This document shows positions 16,977 through 26,061 of a stretch of DNA of 64,000 nt, in pieces; the first letter of the stretch is position 1, and every line of letters begins with the position of its first letter. Both the position numbers and the translations under genes were made by a program. Below the pieces are notes generated by a model. It had not been told where the DNA came from and did no database searches. It saw nothing but the letters and a program-made list of their open reading frames with translations. Source of the stretch: Patescibacteria group bacterium (GTDB lineage Bacteria > Patescibacteriota > Minisyncoccia > Phycocordibacterales > CSBR16-119); assembly GCA_030917865.1 (NCBI GenBank), contig JAUPTX010000001.1, forward strand, positions 365-64,364. The letters are read 5' to 3'.

Positions 16977-18908
16977 ATGGCAAAAAATAATAATAAAAAA
17001 TCAAAGAAGGCTAATGGTGGTGGTTTTATGGCAAAGCTATGGACTGTTTTTTTGGTATTTTTGGTATTTACAGCGATGTATTCTTTTGTTGTAGGAAACA
17101 AAGCTGCTAAACCAGAAGATGTTTCTTTGTCTTTTCTTTCAACTTTAATTAATCAAGGCCAGGTGGCAGATATTTTAGTTGAAGGTGACAAACTTTCTAT
17201 TACATTAAACGACGAGGCTAAAACGAAATATGTTTCTAAAAAAGAAAGAGAAGCTTCTTTAACTGAAACTTTGGCAAATTATGGAGTTACAAGTGAAGCT
17301 TTATCTAAGGCTGATATAAAAATTAAAAGTGAGTCAGGTTTTGGATTTTGGATTTTAAATATTCTACCAGTTTTGGTTCCGATAATTTTTATAGTTATTT
17401 TCTTTTGGTTTATCTCAAGACAAGTAAAAGGTCAGGGGATGCAAGCTTTTTCTTTTGGTCAATCAAGAGCAAAGATGACTGATCCAAACGATAAAAACAA
17501 AGTCACTTTCAAAGATGTTGCTGGTGTTAAAGAAGCAAAGCAAGAGCTCGAAGAAATTGTAGACTTTTTGAAAAATCCTAAAAAATTTATCGACATCGGC
17601 GCAGATATTCCAAAAGGTGTTCTTTTGGAAGGTCCTCCAGGAACAGGTAAAACTCTTTTGGCGCGTGCTGTTGCTGGTGAAGCCAATGTCCCTTTCTTTC
17701 ATCTTTCTGGTTCTGATTTCGTAGAGATGTTTGTTGGTGTTGGTGCTTCTCGTGTTCGTGATCTTTTCGGTATGGCTAAAAAAGCTGCACCTTCTATTGT
17801 TTTTATTGACGAGATAGACGCAGTTGGTAGAAAAAGAGGTAGTGGTGTTGGTGGTGGAAATGACGAACGCGAACAAACACTAAACCAGATTCTTACAGAG
17901 ATGGACGGCTTTGATCAAAATCAAAAAGTTATAGTGATCGCTGCAACAAACAGATCTGATGTATTAGATAATGCACTTCTTCGACCAGGTAGATTTGATA
18001 GAAGGGTTATGGTAGAACTTCCTGATAGAGCTGGAAGAGAAGAAATACTTAAAATACATGCACGTAAAAAGCCTTTAGAGGATAGTGTTAATTTAAAGCT
18101 TGTTGCAGAACGTACTCCAGGGTTTTCTGGAGCAGATCTTTATTCTTTGATGAACGAAGCTGCTATCCGTGCTGCAAGAGAAGATAGAAAAAAAGTTTCT
18201 CAAGATGATATTTTGCTTTCTATTGACAAAGTTTTGATTGGTCCAGAAAGAAAGAGTCATATAATGAACGATCAGGAAAAGAAAATTGTTGCATATCATG
18301 AAGCTGGTCACGCATTAGTTATGTCTGTTCTTCCAAACTCAGATCCTGTTCATAAAGTGACCATAGTTTCTCGTGGGCGTGCAGGCGGATACACAATGAA
18401 TCTTCCACTAGAAGAAAGATATTTGAACAACAGATCAGAATTTAAAGACGACATTGCTGGAACTTTGGGTGGTTATGTTGCTGAGAAAATGGTTTTCGGA
18501 GATATTACAACAGGTCCTTCAAATGATTTACAGGTTATAACGAGACTTGCTCGTTCTATGGTAACAAAATGGGGAATGAGTGATGTTATTGGTCCTGTGG
18601 CTCTAGAGGGTCGTGATTCTGAGGTAATGTTCGGTCGCGGTTTTGGTGAAAGAGAATATTCTGAAAAAATGTCAGATGTTATTGATCAAGAAGTAAAGAA
18701 AATTATAGATGAAGGCTTGAAAACTGCAGAAAAAGTTTTGACTGAAAAACGATCCGTGCTTGATGATATGGCAAAGATTTTGATTGATAAAGAAACTTTG
18801 GAGCAAGACGAATATAACGACTTTTTGAAAAAACACGGAATTCCTTTAAAAGAACTTCCACAAAAAGATACAAAACCAACAAAAACAGACGAGCCCATAA
18901 ATAATTAA
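16977..18908 (+). CDS. ftsH: ATP-dependent zinc metalloprotease FtsH
   Basis: Walker A GPPGTGKT, second region of homology, zinc motif HEAGHAL, and two N-terminal TM helices. Confidence 0.97.
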   Translation: MAKNNNKKSKKANGGGFMAKLWTVFLVFLVFTAMYSFVVGNKAAKPEDVSLSFLSTLINQGQVADILVEGDKLSITLNDEAKTKYVSKKEREASLTETLANYGVTSEALSKADIKIKSESGFGFWILNILPVLVPIIFIVIFFWFISRQVKGQGMQAFSFGQSRAKMTDPNDKNKVTFKDVAGVKEAKQELEEIVDFLKNPKKFIDIGADIPKGVLLEGPPGTGKTLLARAVAGEANVPFFHLSGSDFVEMFVGVGASRVRDLFGMAKKAAPSIVFIDEIDAVGRKRGSGVGGGNDEREQTLNQILTEMDGFDQNQKVIVIAATNRSDVLDNALLRPGRFDRRVMVELPDRAGREEILKIHARKKPLEDSVNLKLVAERTPGFSGADLYSLMNEAAIRAAREDRKKVSQDDILLSIDKVLIGPERKSHIMNDQEKKIVAYHEAGHALVMSVLPNSDPVHKVTIVSRGRAGGYTMNLPLEERYLNNRSEFKDDIAGTLGGYVAEKMVFGDITTGPSNDLQVITRLARSMVTKWGMSDVIGPVALEGRDSEVMFGRGFGEREYSEKMSDVIDQEVKKIIDEGLKTAEKVLTEKRSVLDDMAKILIDKETLEQDEYNDFLKKHGIPLKELPQKDTKPTKTDEPINN

Positions 18909-18916
18909 ATAAAATA

Positions 18917-18945
18917 AAAAAGACTAGCACCCGTTAGTCTTTTTT
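18917..18945 (+). terminator. Rho-independent terminator after ftsH
   Basis: AGACTA..TAGTCT stem with A-run and T-run flanks. Confidence 0.7.
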
Positions 18946-18997
18946 ATTTTTAATAATAGTGTATACTCTTTTGGTATTGAACATTAAAACACGAGCC

Positions 18998-19186
18998 ATG
19001 GAAAAAGACACTAAACAGCAAATTGAGCCCCGGGCTCAAGTGGTTGAAGAAGGGGAAACCCCAGAAGGTGTATTTGGTGAAAAAGAGATGCGTTCTCGTA
19101 TGTATTCTGGGGCATATTTTCCAGGGCCGACACCTTCGCATATTTTCCATGTACCAGAACATATTCGTCGCGAGTATAAGGACTAA
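18998..19186 (+). CDS. Small G+C-rich orphan ORF (62 aa; coding status uncertain)
   Basis: MEKDTKQQIEPRAQVVEEGETPEG... Other frames are also open here. It is followed by a strong hairpin. Confidence 0.35.
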   Translation: MEKDTKQQIEPRAQVVEEGETPEGVFGEKEMRSRMYSGAYFPGPTPSHIFHVPEHIRREYKD

Positions 19187-19195
19187 CGTCCTGCT

Positions 19196-19232
19196 CGAAA
19201 AGGCGTCGACCTTATGGGTCGACGCCTTTCGT
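19196..19232 (+). terminator. Rho-independent terminator
   Basis: CGAAAGGCGTCGAC..GTCGACGCCTTTCG stem followed by TTTG. Confidence 0.8.
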
Positions 19233-19273
19233 TTGATAAAAATCTATTTTTAGTATAAACTGGTTTTTGTTAA

Positions 19274-19312
19274 CCACCCAAAGCTTGTTTGGTTAAAGCA
19301 CAGAGCTTATAT
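19274..19312 (+). pseudogene. 5'-half copy of tRNA-Ile(UAU)
   Basis: 32/39 nt identical to positions 1-39 of the intact gene. It ends in the anticodon loop CTTATAT and has no 3' half attached. Confidence 0.7.
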
Positions 19313-19391
19313 TTTCTAGCGAGGGCAGAGAGAAAAACCATTTTCTCATCGCGTGAGCGACGAAAATATATGTATTTGAAAATTTTAGAGT

Positions 19392-19465
19392 CCACCCTTA
19401 GCTCAGTTGGTTAGAGCACAGAGCTTATACCTCTGGGGTCCTAGGTTCGAATCCTAGAGGGTGGA
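19392..19465 (+). tRNA. tRNA-Ile (anticodon UAU)
   Basis: Acceptor CCACCCT/AGGGTGG, D-arm GCTC/GAGC, anticodon arm CAGAG-CTTATAC-CTCTG, T-arm CTAGG-TTCGAAT-CCTAG. No CCA is encoded. Confidence 0.85.
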
Positions 19466-19480
19466 CTCTGGAATAAATCA

Positions 19481-19523
19481 TATACCTCTCTGGCCCTAGG
19501 TTCGAATCCTAGAGGGTGGACCA
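19481..19523 (+). pseudogene. 3'-half copy of tRNA-Ile(UAU), ending in CCA
   Basis: 37/40 nt identical to the intact gene from the anticodon TAT to the discriminator, then CCA. Confidence 0.7.
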
Positions 19524-19538
19524 TTAAAGGAATTATAT

Positions 19539-21692
19539 TTACTCAAAATGAATCTTTAGTGCTCGGTTTTCGAGTTCTGTTTTTGTTAGGTCTAAATCAT
19601 CTAATAGATTTTTTTCTACTATATTTGTCGCTTCTTTTCGTGCGGCTTCTACCATTTTCAGATTTTTAATAGCTTCCATGCCGAGGTCGCTCACACCCCA
19701 TTGTTTCATGCCTGCCAAGTCTCCCGAGCCACGGAGTTTTAGATCGAGCTCTGAAAGTTCAAATCCATTTTTAGCTGTTTTTAGAGCTTTTAATCTTTCG
19801 ATACTTTTTTCATTTTTACTTTCAGAGAAAATATAACAGTACGCCTGGTGATTGCTTCGTATGACACGTCCACGAAGTTGGTGGAGCTGTGAAAGGCCAA
19901 ACCTTTCTGCGCCTTCGATTATGATCATAGTCGCATTTGGTACATTCACCCCAACTTCAACTACAGATGTGGCAACTAAAATCTCCACTTCGCCATTTGC
20001 AAATTTTTCCATAACTTTTTCTTTTTCTGTTTTTGTCATTTTGCTGTGCAGGATATCTATTTTCTTGTCTTTGAAAATTTCTTTCTTTAATCTTTCTGCT
20101 TCGGCTTTTACGGATTTGGTTTGAAGAGCGAACTCTTTTTCTGGATCTGGTTCGTCTATTCGTGGACAGATAACATAAAGCTGGCGACCTTCTGCCATTT
20201 TTTCTTTTATGAAATCATAAGTTTGCTCTCGTTTGTCTGGCGTGATTATTTCTGTGATTATCGGCTTTCTACCTTCTGGCATTTGGTCTAGCAGGGTTAA
20301 ATCTAAATCTCCATATATGGTAAGCGCTAGAGTTCGTGGTATCGGTGTTGCTGTCATCGACAGGAAGTGTGGAGCGAAGCCTTCTTTGTTGGCCAGTTTA
20401 GCACGTTGTTTTGTTCCAAAGCGGTGCTGTTCATCGACAATACCTAAAGCTAAATGTTTGAATTTCACAGATTTGTAAATCAGTGAATGCGTACCGATCA
20501 GAATTGGGATTTCTCCGTTTGCGACCCATTTCAAAAGCTGTGCTTTTGAAATATTTGTTGCACCAGACGGGTCAACTTTTGAAGGGAATTTTTTACAAGT
20601 AGATCCTGTTAAAAGTCCTATCTGTATTCCGGTGTGTTTAAAATATTTTGTAAAACCTTCGAAGTGTTGACCTGCAAGTATTTCTGTCGGCGCCATATAT
20701 GCAACTTGTAAATTACCAAAATCTTTTTGGTCTGGTCTGTTTTTTATCACTGAGTATGTGGCTGTGGCCGCGACGGCTGTTTTACCAGAACCTACGTCTC
20801 CTTCGATGAGTCGTGACATTGGGTGTGCGCCCGAAAAATCTTTCCATATTTGTGAGATGGCTTTGTCTTGAGCTTTTGTGAGCTTGAAAGGGAATTTGTC
20901 TGTAAATGTTTTTATATCTTTTTCGTCAACTTTAATTTTGAAAGATTTTTTTTGATTGTTTTCAAATTTTTCTTTCTGTCTACTTAGCTGAATAAAAAAA
21001 ACTTCTTCAAAAGCAAAACGCTTGCGAGATGATTCGCTATGGTTTTTGTTTTTTGGCATGTGGACCCAGACCAGAGCAGTCGAAAGCTTAGGAAGTTTAT
21101 ATCTGTTTAGGATTTCTTCTGGGATGTAGTCTTCTAGATTTTTCACAATTCCCGATCCGACTATTTTGTGCACAGTGTGATAAATCCATTTAGAAGTTAT
21201 ACCTTTTGTTTCTTTATAAACAGGGTAGTGGAAGCCTTCATTTTGGTCTTTGGCGAAAAGAGAATTGTGCACATCTATCGGCAAAGAATTTGTTTTTTCA
21301 AATTCTGGGTTCTGTAAAGTTAGTCCGTATTTTGAATCGCTGACTTTTCCTGTTAGAGAAACTTTTTGTCCGTCGTGGAGCATTTTGGCGATATATGCCT
21401 GGCGGAACCATGTGACTTTTATTTTTCCTGTGCCGTCGCTAATGTAACCTTCTGCCATTGGCATTTTTGACTTGAAGGCTTTTTTTGTTTTAAGTCCAGA
21501 AACTTCTCCGTAAATCGTTGCCACGTCTCCGTCGGACAAATCTTTTATCGCTTTTATTTCGCTCATGTCGCTATAGCGAACAGGGAAGTAAAATAGTAAA
21601 TCTTTTAAAGTTTCAAGTCCAAGCTTTTTCAAAGCTTTTTTTTGTGCCTCCATCAGTCGGAAACTTTTTTCTATCTTGTCGGTTAATTGCAT
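19539..21692 (-). CDS. recG: ATP-dependent DNA helicase RecG
   Basis: N-terminal LKDLLFYFPVRY, wedge-domain region, helicase motifs GDVGSGKT and DEQHRFG. Confidence 0.92.
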   Translation of the reverse strand: MQLTDKIEKSFRLMEAQKKALKKLGLETLKDLLFYFPVRYSDMSEIKAIKDLSDGDVATIYGEVSGLKTKKAFKSKMPMAEGYISDGTGKIKVTWFRQAYIAKMLHDGQKVSLTGKVSDSKYGLTLQNPEFEKTNSLPIDVHNSLFAKDQNEGFHYPVYKETKGITSKWIYHTVHKIVGSGIVKNLEDYIPEEILNRYKLPKLSTALVWVHMPKNKNHSESSRKRFAFEEVFFIQLSRQKEKFENNQKKSFKIKVDEKDIKTFTDKFPFKLTKAQDKAISQIWKDFSGAHPMSRLIEGDVGSGKTAVAATATYSVIKNRPDQKDFGNLQVAYMAPTEILAGQHFEGFTKYFKHTGIQIGLLTGSTCKKFPSKVDPSGATNISKAQLLKWVANGEIPILIGTHSLIYKSVKFKHLALGIVDEQHRFGTKQRAKLANKEGFAPHFLSMTATPIPRTLALTIYGDLDLTLLDQMPEGRKPIITEIITPDKREQTYDFIKEKMAEGRQLYVICPRIDEPDPEKEFALQTKSVKAEAERLKKEIFKDKKIDILHSKMTKTEKEKVMEKFANGEVEILVATSVVEVGVNVPNATMIIIEGAERFGLSQLHQLRGRVIRSNHQAYCYIFSESKNEKSIERLKALKTAKNGFELSELDLKLRGSGDLAGMKQWGVSDLGMEAIKNLKMVEAARKEATNIVEKNLLDDLDLTKTELENRALKIHFE

Positions 21693-21711
21693 GGGTTTAT
21701 TATAGCAATAT

Positions 21712-21743
21712 AAAAGCCCGGGTGCGAAGCATCCGGGCTTTTA
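21712..21743 (-). terminator. Hairpin between the response regulator and recG
   Basis: AAAAGCCCGG..CCGGGCTTTT. Confidence 0.7.
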
Positions 21744-21747
21744 TAAT

Positions 21748-22107
21748 TTAAATCGTCTTTTCGATTTTTTCTACCAGTTCTTCTAGTGTGAAGTTTGATT
21801 TTACCAGGTAGTCTGTTGCACCAAGATCTAGTGCCTTTTTGATGTCTTTGTCGTCTGACAGGTTAGAGAAAACTATGACAGGTAAAGATTTAGAAGTTTC
21901 TCTTATACTTTTTAAAATATCAAATCCTGAAATATCAGGAAGCATTAAATCTAAAAGAATACAATTAAACTTTTCATTTGATAATTCTGTAACCGCTTCG
22001 TCTCCATCAGAAGCTGTTGTTACATCAAAACCAGCATCACCTAATTTATTAGCTGCTAATCCTTGTAAAAATGTATCGTCTTCGATTATTAAGATTTTTT
22101 TACTCAT
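21748..22107 (-). CDS. Stand-alone response-regulator receiver domain (CheY-like)
   Basis: KILIIEDD ... ILLDLMLPDISG ... VIVFSN ... K. At 119 aa it has no output domain. Confidence 0.88.
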   Translation of the reverse strand: MSKKILIIEDDTFLQGLAANKLGDAGFDVTTASDGDEAVTELSNEKFNCILLDLMLPDISGFDILKSIRETSKSLPVIVFSNLSDDKDIKKALDLGATDYLVKSNFTLEELVEKIEKTI

Positions 22108-22183
22108 GGTTTTATTTTACTTCATTATGTAAAACCTCGCAAACATAATTGCTGTATTTAAAATACCTTGATATTATTATTGA

Positions 22184-23113
22184 ATGGAATGGTTTATATT
22201 AGCTCTCCTGGCTCCTATTGTTTGGGCATTGGGTAATCATATCGATGCATTTTTGGTGAAGCGTTTTATAAAAGACGAAGCTGGAGGTGGGTCTCATGGG
22301 GTTGGATCTCTTATCATAATGTCTTGCTTAATTGGTATTTTAATTTTGCCAATTACATTTTTGTTTAACCCAGAAGTTTTTATCGTTGCAAAAGAAACAA
22401 GATTTATTCTTATCGCCGTTGGATTCCTGGAGGGTCTCTCTGTTTTGGCTTATCTTTATGCTGTTATGGAAGACGACATCGCATCTGTTACAGCTTGGTT
22501 TAATACAATTCCAATATTTAATCTTGTGTTAGGTTTTTTGGTTCTAGGTGAGGTTATAACTAAAAATCAGTTTTTAGGCTTTTTGATTATAATTATAGGG
22601 TTAGTCATTCTTTCTTTTAAGAGAACAGAGATCGGCTTGCTTTTTAAAAAGAAAGTAGTATTTCTAATGCTCTTATCTTCTTTCTCTTATGGCCTTATGA
22701 CGATTCTTTTTAAAATTGGAGCAGAGGTGGAATCTTTTTGGGTATCTTCGTTTTGGCAATATGTTGGATTGAGTGTTTTGGGGCTTATATTTTTTATTTT
22801 TATCAAGCCATATAGAAATTCTTTTTTAAAAATATTTAAAAATAAAGGGTTAAAATTTTACTCAATTAATACATTAAATGAGTTTTTGTTTATTGCGGGA
22901 ACTATGATTTCAAATTATGCCTCACTTCTTGCTCCTGTTGCACTGGTCTCACTCGTAGGATCTTTCCAGCCGGTGATTGTCGTTATACTCGGTTCTATTA
23001 TTGCTCTTTTTCTAAAGGAGAAAAACGAATACACTATTACTAAAAAACAGAGAATTGCTCAAATCGCAGGAATACTATTTACAATAGCTGGTTTACCTTT
23101 TATTTTATTCTAA
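22184..23113 (+). CDS. DMT/EamA-type permease
   Basis: About 10 hydrophobic helices in two similar halves. Confidence 0.6.
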   Translation: MEWFILALLAPIVWALGNHIDAFLVKRFIKDEAGGGSHGVGSLIIMSCLIGILILPITFLFNPEVFIVAKETRFILIAVGFLEGLSVLAYLYAVMEDDIASVTAWFNTIPIFNLVLGFLVLGEVITKNQFLGFLIIIIGLVILSFKRTEIGLLFKKKVVFLMLLSSFSYGLMTILFKIGAEVESFWVSSFWQYVGLSVLGLIFFIFIKPYRNSFLKIFKNKGLKFYSINTLNEFLFIAGTMISNYASLLAPVALVSLVGSFQPVIVVILGSIIALFLKEKNEYTITKKQRIAQIAGILFTIAGLPFILF

Positions 23114-24403
23114 ATACCCCCACAACTTCAGCTTCTCTTTACTTTCTTGGATGAATTTTATACCAATGTCATTTCTATACATGACTTTTGGGATAATAAC
23201 TTTTTCTGCAATATCATAAACCTTATTACGTGCCTCTTCTACCGTATCTCCAATACCTGTGATATATCCAACATATCCATCCTGTCCAGATATTCGATAT
23301 GTCCCATTTATGTCGCACATCACATCTTCAAAGTGTAGGTGGTTTTTTTCTTCTTCTGTTAGGTTTTCAAAATAAATTCCAATATTCTCATAAGCGTTTT
23401 CTGTTCTCGAAATACCTTTTGTGTATGGGAAAGGCGGTACTGCTAGTAATATCACAACACCATAACCATTTTTGTATTTTAAATTAAAGCTTTCTCCTTT
23501 AGCTATTGCTAATAAAAAATCAGCCCATTGGGAAACATGTATTTCTTGTTGCAGGTGTATTATCGGTGTACCAAGCCTTGTAGTCGCTTCAATTGCAAAT
23601 ATCCCTTTTTCATTGGCAATACAATTAATCTCAAAATCACCACGGAAATTTGCACTTTTTAAGAAATTTTCAAATGGTGATAATATTTTTCTAAATAAAA
23701 AATTATCTCTTTCTTCATACCAAGCAAGTGTCCCCATTTCGCTTGTTAATGGACCAATATCTCCAGGAAAAAATCTTTTATGTTCAAAATTTATTTCTGT
23801 TGGACCAATCCATTTTTCACCATTAAAATATCTTCCAACTCCAATCTCGACACCATCTATAAACTGGTGAAGGGTTACAGGGTGAGTATTTATCATTGGA
23901 TCGTTTGCGTAGTTTTGTAGCACTGAAATAACGTCTTCTCCTGATTCCGTCTTTCCTATATAAGTAATATCTTTTGATATGTGATCGTTTTGTTTGATAA
24001 CCCAACGCCCACCGTTATTTTGAACAAATTTTAGTGCTTCGTTTGGAGATGGAAAATCAAATAATTTTGTAGTTGAAATTCCATATCTTCTAAAAACCTC
24101 TTGACCATATTCTCTATTTATTTCAAGCTTTTCAGCCTCTGCGCTTCCGCCAAAAACATTAAAACCTTCTTTCCTTAAATAATCTTGATTTTCTCCGTAT
24201 CCAATATCATCAAAAACGATCAAGCCATCTTCTTTTACCCAATCAAGTTCAAGCTCCCAATTTTCTGTTTTGGGAACAATACCGTCTAAGCTTTTTTTTG
24301 ATTTTGGATTTTCTATAAAAAGTTTAACTTCGTTTCCTTCTGTGTATAGCTTTCGTGCGAGATCTCCGCCAATAAGATTTTTAGATACAAATAATATTTT
24401 CAT
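23105..24403 (-). CDS. ATP-grasp enzyme, PurD-like (phosphoribosylamine-glycine ligase family)
   Basis: EHKRFFPGDIGPLTSEMGT aligns with PurD QDHKRVGDKDTGPNTGGMG. The C-terminal YRNDIG matches CRKDIG. Confidence 0.55.
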   Translation of the reverse strand: MKILFVSKNLIGGDLARKLYTEGNEVKLFIENPKSKKSLDGIVPKTENWELELDWVKEDGLIVFDDIGYGENQDYLRKEGFNVFGGSAEAEKLEINREYGQEVFRRYGISTTKLFDFPSPNEALKFVQNNGGRWVIKQNDHISKDITYIGKTESGEDVISVLQNYANDPMINTHPVTLHQFIDGVEIGVGRYFNGEKWIGPTEINFEHKRFFPGDIGPLTSEMGTLAWYEERDNFLFRKILSPFENFLKSANFRGDFEINCIANEKGIFAIEATTRLGTPIIHLQQEIHVSQWADFLLAIAKGESFNLKYKNGYGVVILLAVPPFPYTKGISRTENAYENIGIYFENLTEEEKNHLHFEDVMCDINGTYRISGQDGYVGYITGIGDTVEEARNKVYDIAEKVIIPKVMYRNDIGIKFIQESKEKLKLWGYLE

Positions 24404-24439
24404 GATATAATTTTACTATAATAAGTAAGCAAATACATA

Positions 24440-26059
24440 ATGTATAGTTTTGATAACTTAAAAATGTGCGGAGATGCTGTTCCTGGTTTTTTGGGCCTGT
24501 TTGATTTTAGTATAGCGCCGAAACTTCTTTTTTATGCATACATACCAACTATTTTAATAGCAATGGTTTTTGCTATTATATCTGTTTATCGTGACAGGTT
24601 TTCTAAGTTATCGCTATCTTTTTTTTCAACAGCTTTATTTTTTTCACTTTGGCTTGCTAATGAAATAGTCCAATGGACAGCGGTCTATCATAAGACCATA
24701 CTAGACAGCTGGAAAATTTCTATAGTTTTTGAGAGTTTGTTCTTTGCTTCAATAATTTTTTTAATATCTTATATTGTGGGAAAATCATTGTTCCTTCATA
24801 GATTAAAATATATAAATTTGGTTTTACCAATACTTTCTGTTTTTTTAATAAATAGTGATCTAAACATACTAAGTTATGATCAAGAGCTTTGCGAGGGTGT
24901 ACCTGGTCATCTATGGAATGTTTTTTATGGAATTCAAACTCTTATGTTGATATTAGTCGGTATAATTGGTATTAAGAAGTTAAATCAAGAACCTCAAACA
25001 GATTCTTCCTATAAGAAAAAGGTTTTATTTGGTGTTTCTACACTATTCTCTATATTTTTATTTATTAATGTTGTAAGTGAGATAACGGGTGTTTACACTA
25101 TTAACATAGCTATTCCTATTGGAATGGTTGTATGCGTCGTGCTATTTGCTCTAACTGCTGTTGAATATGAGTTGTTTTCTTTCAAATTTTACAGATCCGA
25201 AGTTTTGATTTATTCTTCTGTTGCCTTGGTCGGAAGCCTAATTTTTATTCCAGATGATTATTCAAAAAATTTAATAATTATAAGTACACTTTTTGCTCTT
25301 GTTTTGCTAGGAAAAACAATAACTTCAATAAATAAAAGAGAGGCTGTGCATGCTTTAAGTTTGGGTAATTTAAATAAAAAGCTAAAAGATTTAGATGAAA
25401 AGAAAAATGAGTTTCTTTCTTTAGCAACTCATCAATTGAGAAGTCCTTTAACTTCTATAAAGTGGGGCCTTGATTCTATAAAAAATAAATACAGTTTAGA
25501 AACAGTTACTCATCTCGAAAAAACCGCAGAAGATTTAATAGGAACTGTAAATGATCTTTTAGATATATCAAAAATAGAGCAAGGCGGCATGATTCTTAAA
25601 AAAGAAGAGTTTGATTTCCTGGATTTTATTGGCCGCGTCGTTGAAGAGTTTAAATTGTCTGCGGAGAAAAAGGGGTTAAAGATAAGGTTTGAGTTTGATC
25701 ATGGGAATTATCTGATTCGCGGCGATGAAAACAAAATAAGACAAGTTTTTGTTAACTTGATAGACAACGCTATAAAATACACTTCAAAAGGCGAGATTCT
25801 GGTAAAGCTAGAACATTATCCTAAAAAGGCTGTTGTGCGTGTTATAGATACCGGTCCTGGTATTTCAAAAGAAGAACTAAATCTTTTGTTTGATAAATTT
25901 ATACGTGGCGCTGCCGGCAAGGCTTCTTCTTCTGGTTCTGGTTTGGGTCTTTATTTGGCAAAGAAAATAGTAGATATGCACAATGGAAATATTTGTGCTC
26001 ATTCTTCTGGTGTGGACAAGGGTAGTGAGTTTGAAGTTTCTTTGCCTTTAGTCAAATAA
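24440..26059 (+). CDS. Sensor histidine kinase with a polytopic N-terminal domain
   Basis: H-box FLSLATHQLRSPLTSI, N-box NLIDNAIKYT, and G-boxes DTGPGI and GSGLGL. Confidence 0.9.
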   Translation: MYSFDNLKMCGDAVPGFLGLFDFSIAPKLLFYAYIPTILIAMVFAIISVYRDRFSKLSLSFFSTALFFSLWLANEIVQWTAVYHKTILDSWKISIVFESLFFASIIFLISYIVGKSLFLHRLKYINLVLPILSVFLINSDLNILSYDQELCEGVPGHLWNVFYGIQTLMLILVGIIGIKKLNQEPQTDSSYKKKVLFGVSTLFSIFLFINVVSEITGVYTINIAIPIGMVVCVVLFALTAVEYELFSFKFYRSEVLIYSSVALVGSLIFIPDDYSKNLIIISTLFALVLLGKTITSINKREAVHALSLGNLNKKLKDLDEKKNEFLSLATHQLRSPLTSIKWGLDSIKNKYSLETVTHLEKTAEDLIGTVNDLLDISKIEQGGMILKKEEFDFLDFIGRVVEEFKLSAEKKGLKIRFEFDHGNYLIRGDENKIRQVFVNLIDNAIKYTSKGEILVKLEHYPKKAVVRVIDTGPGISKEELNLLFDKFIRGAAGKASSSGSGLGLYLAKKIVDMHNGNICAHSSGVDKGSEFEVSLPLVK

Positions 26060-26061
26060 GT

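Noticed and set aside
17459-17876. Antisense ORFs inside ftsH. The same applies inside secY, recG, ligA, gatA, pyrG, typA, rnj, the SBP gene and other long genes.
   Set aside because: They are embedded antisense or out of frame within long genes that have strong motifs. Such ORFs are typical of AT-rich genomes, where stop codons are depleted in some frames.
19274-19523. Nanoarchaeum-style split tRNA (separately encoded halves joined in trans), or an intron-containing tRNA
   Set aside because: The sequence after the 5' half and the sequence before the 3' half share only about 5 nt of complementarity. The 5' half has lost U8 and A14. An intact copy sits between the two halves. A recombination scar is the simpler explanation.
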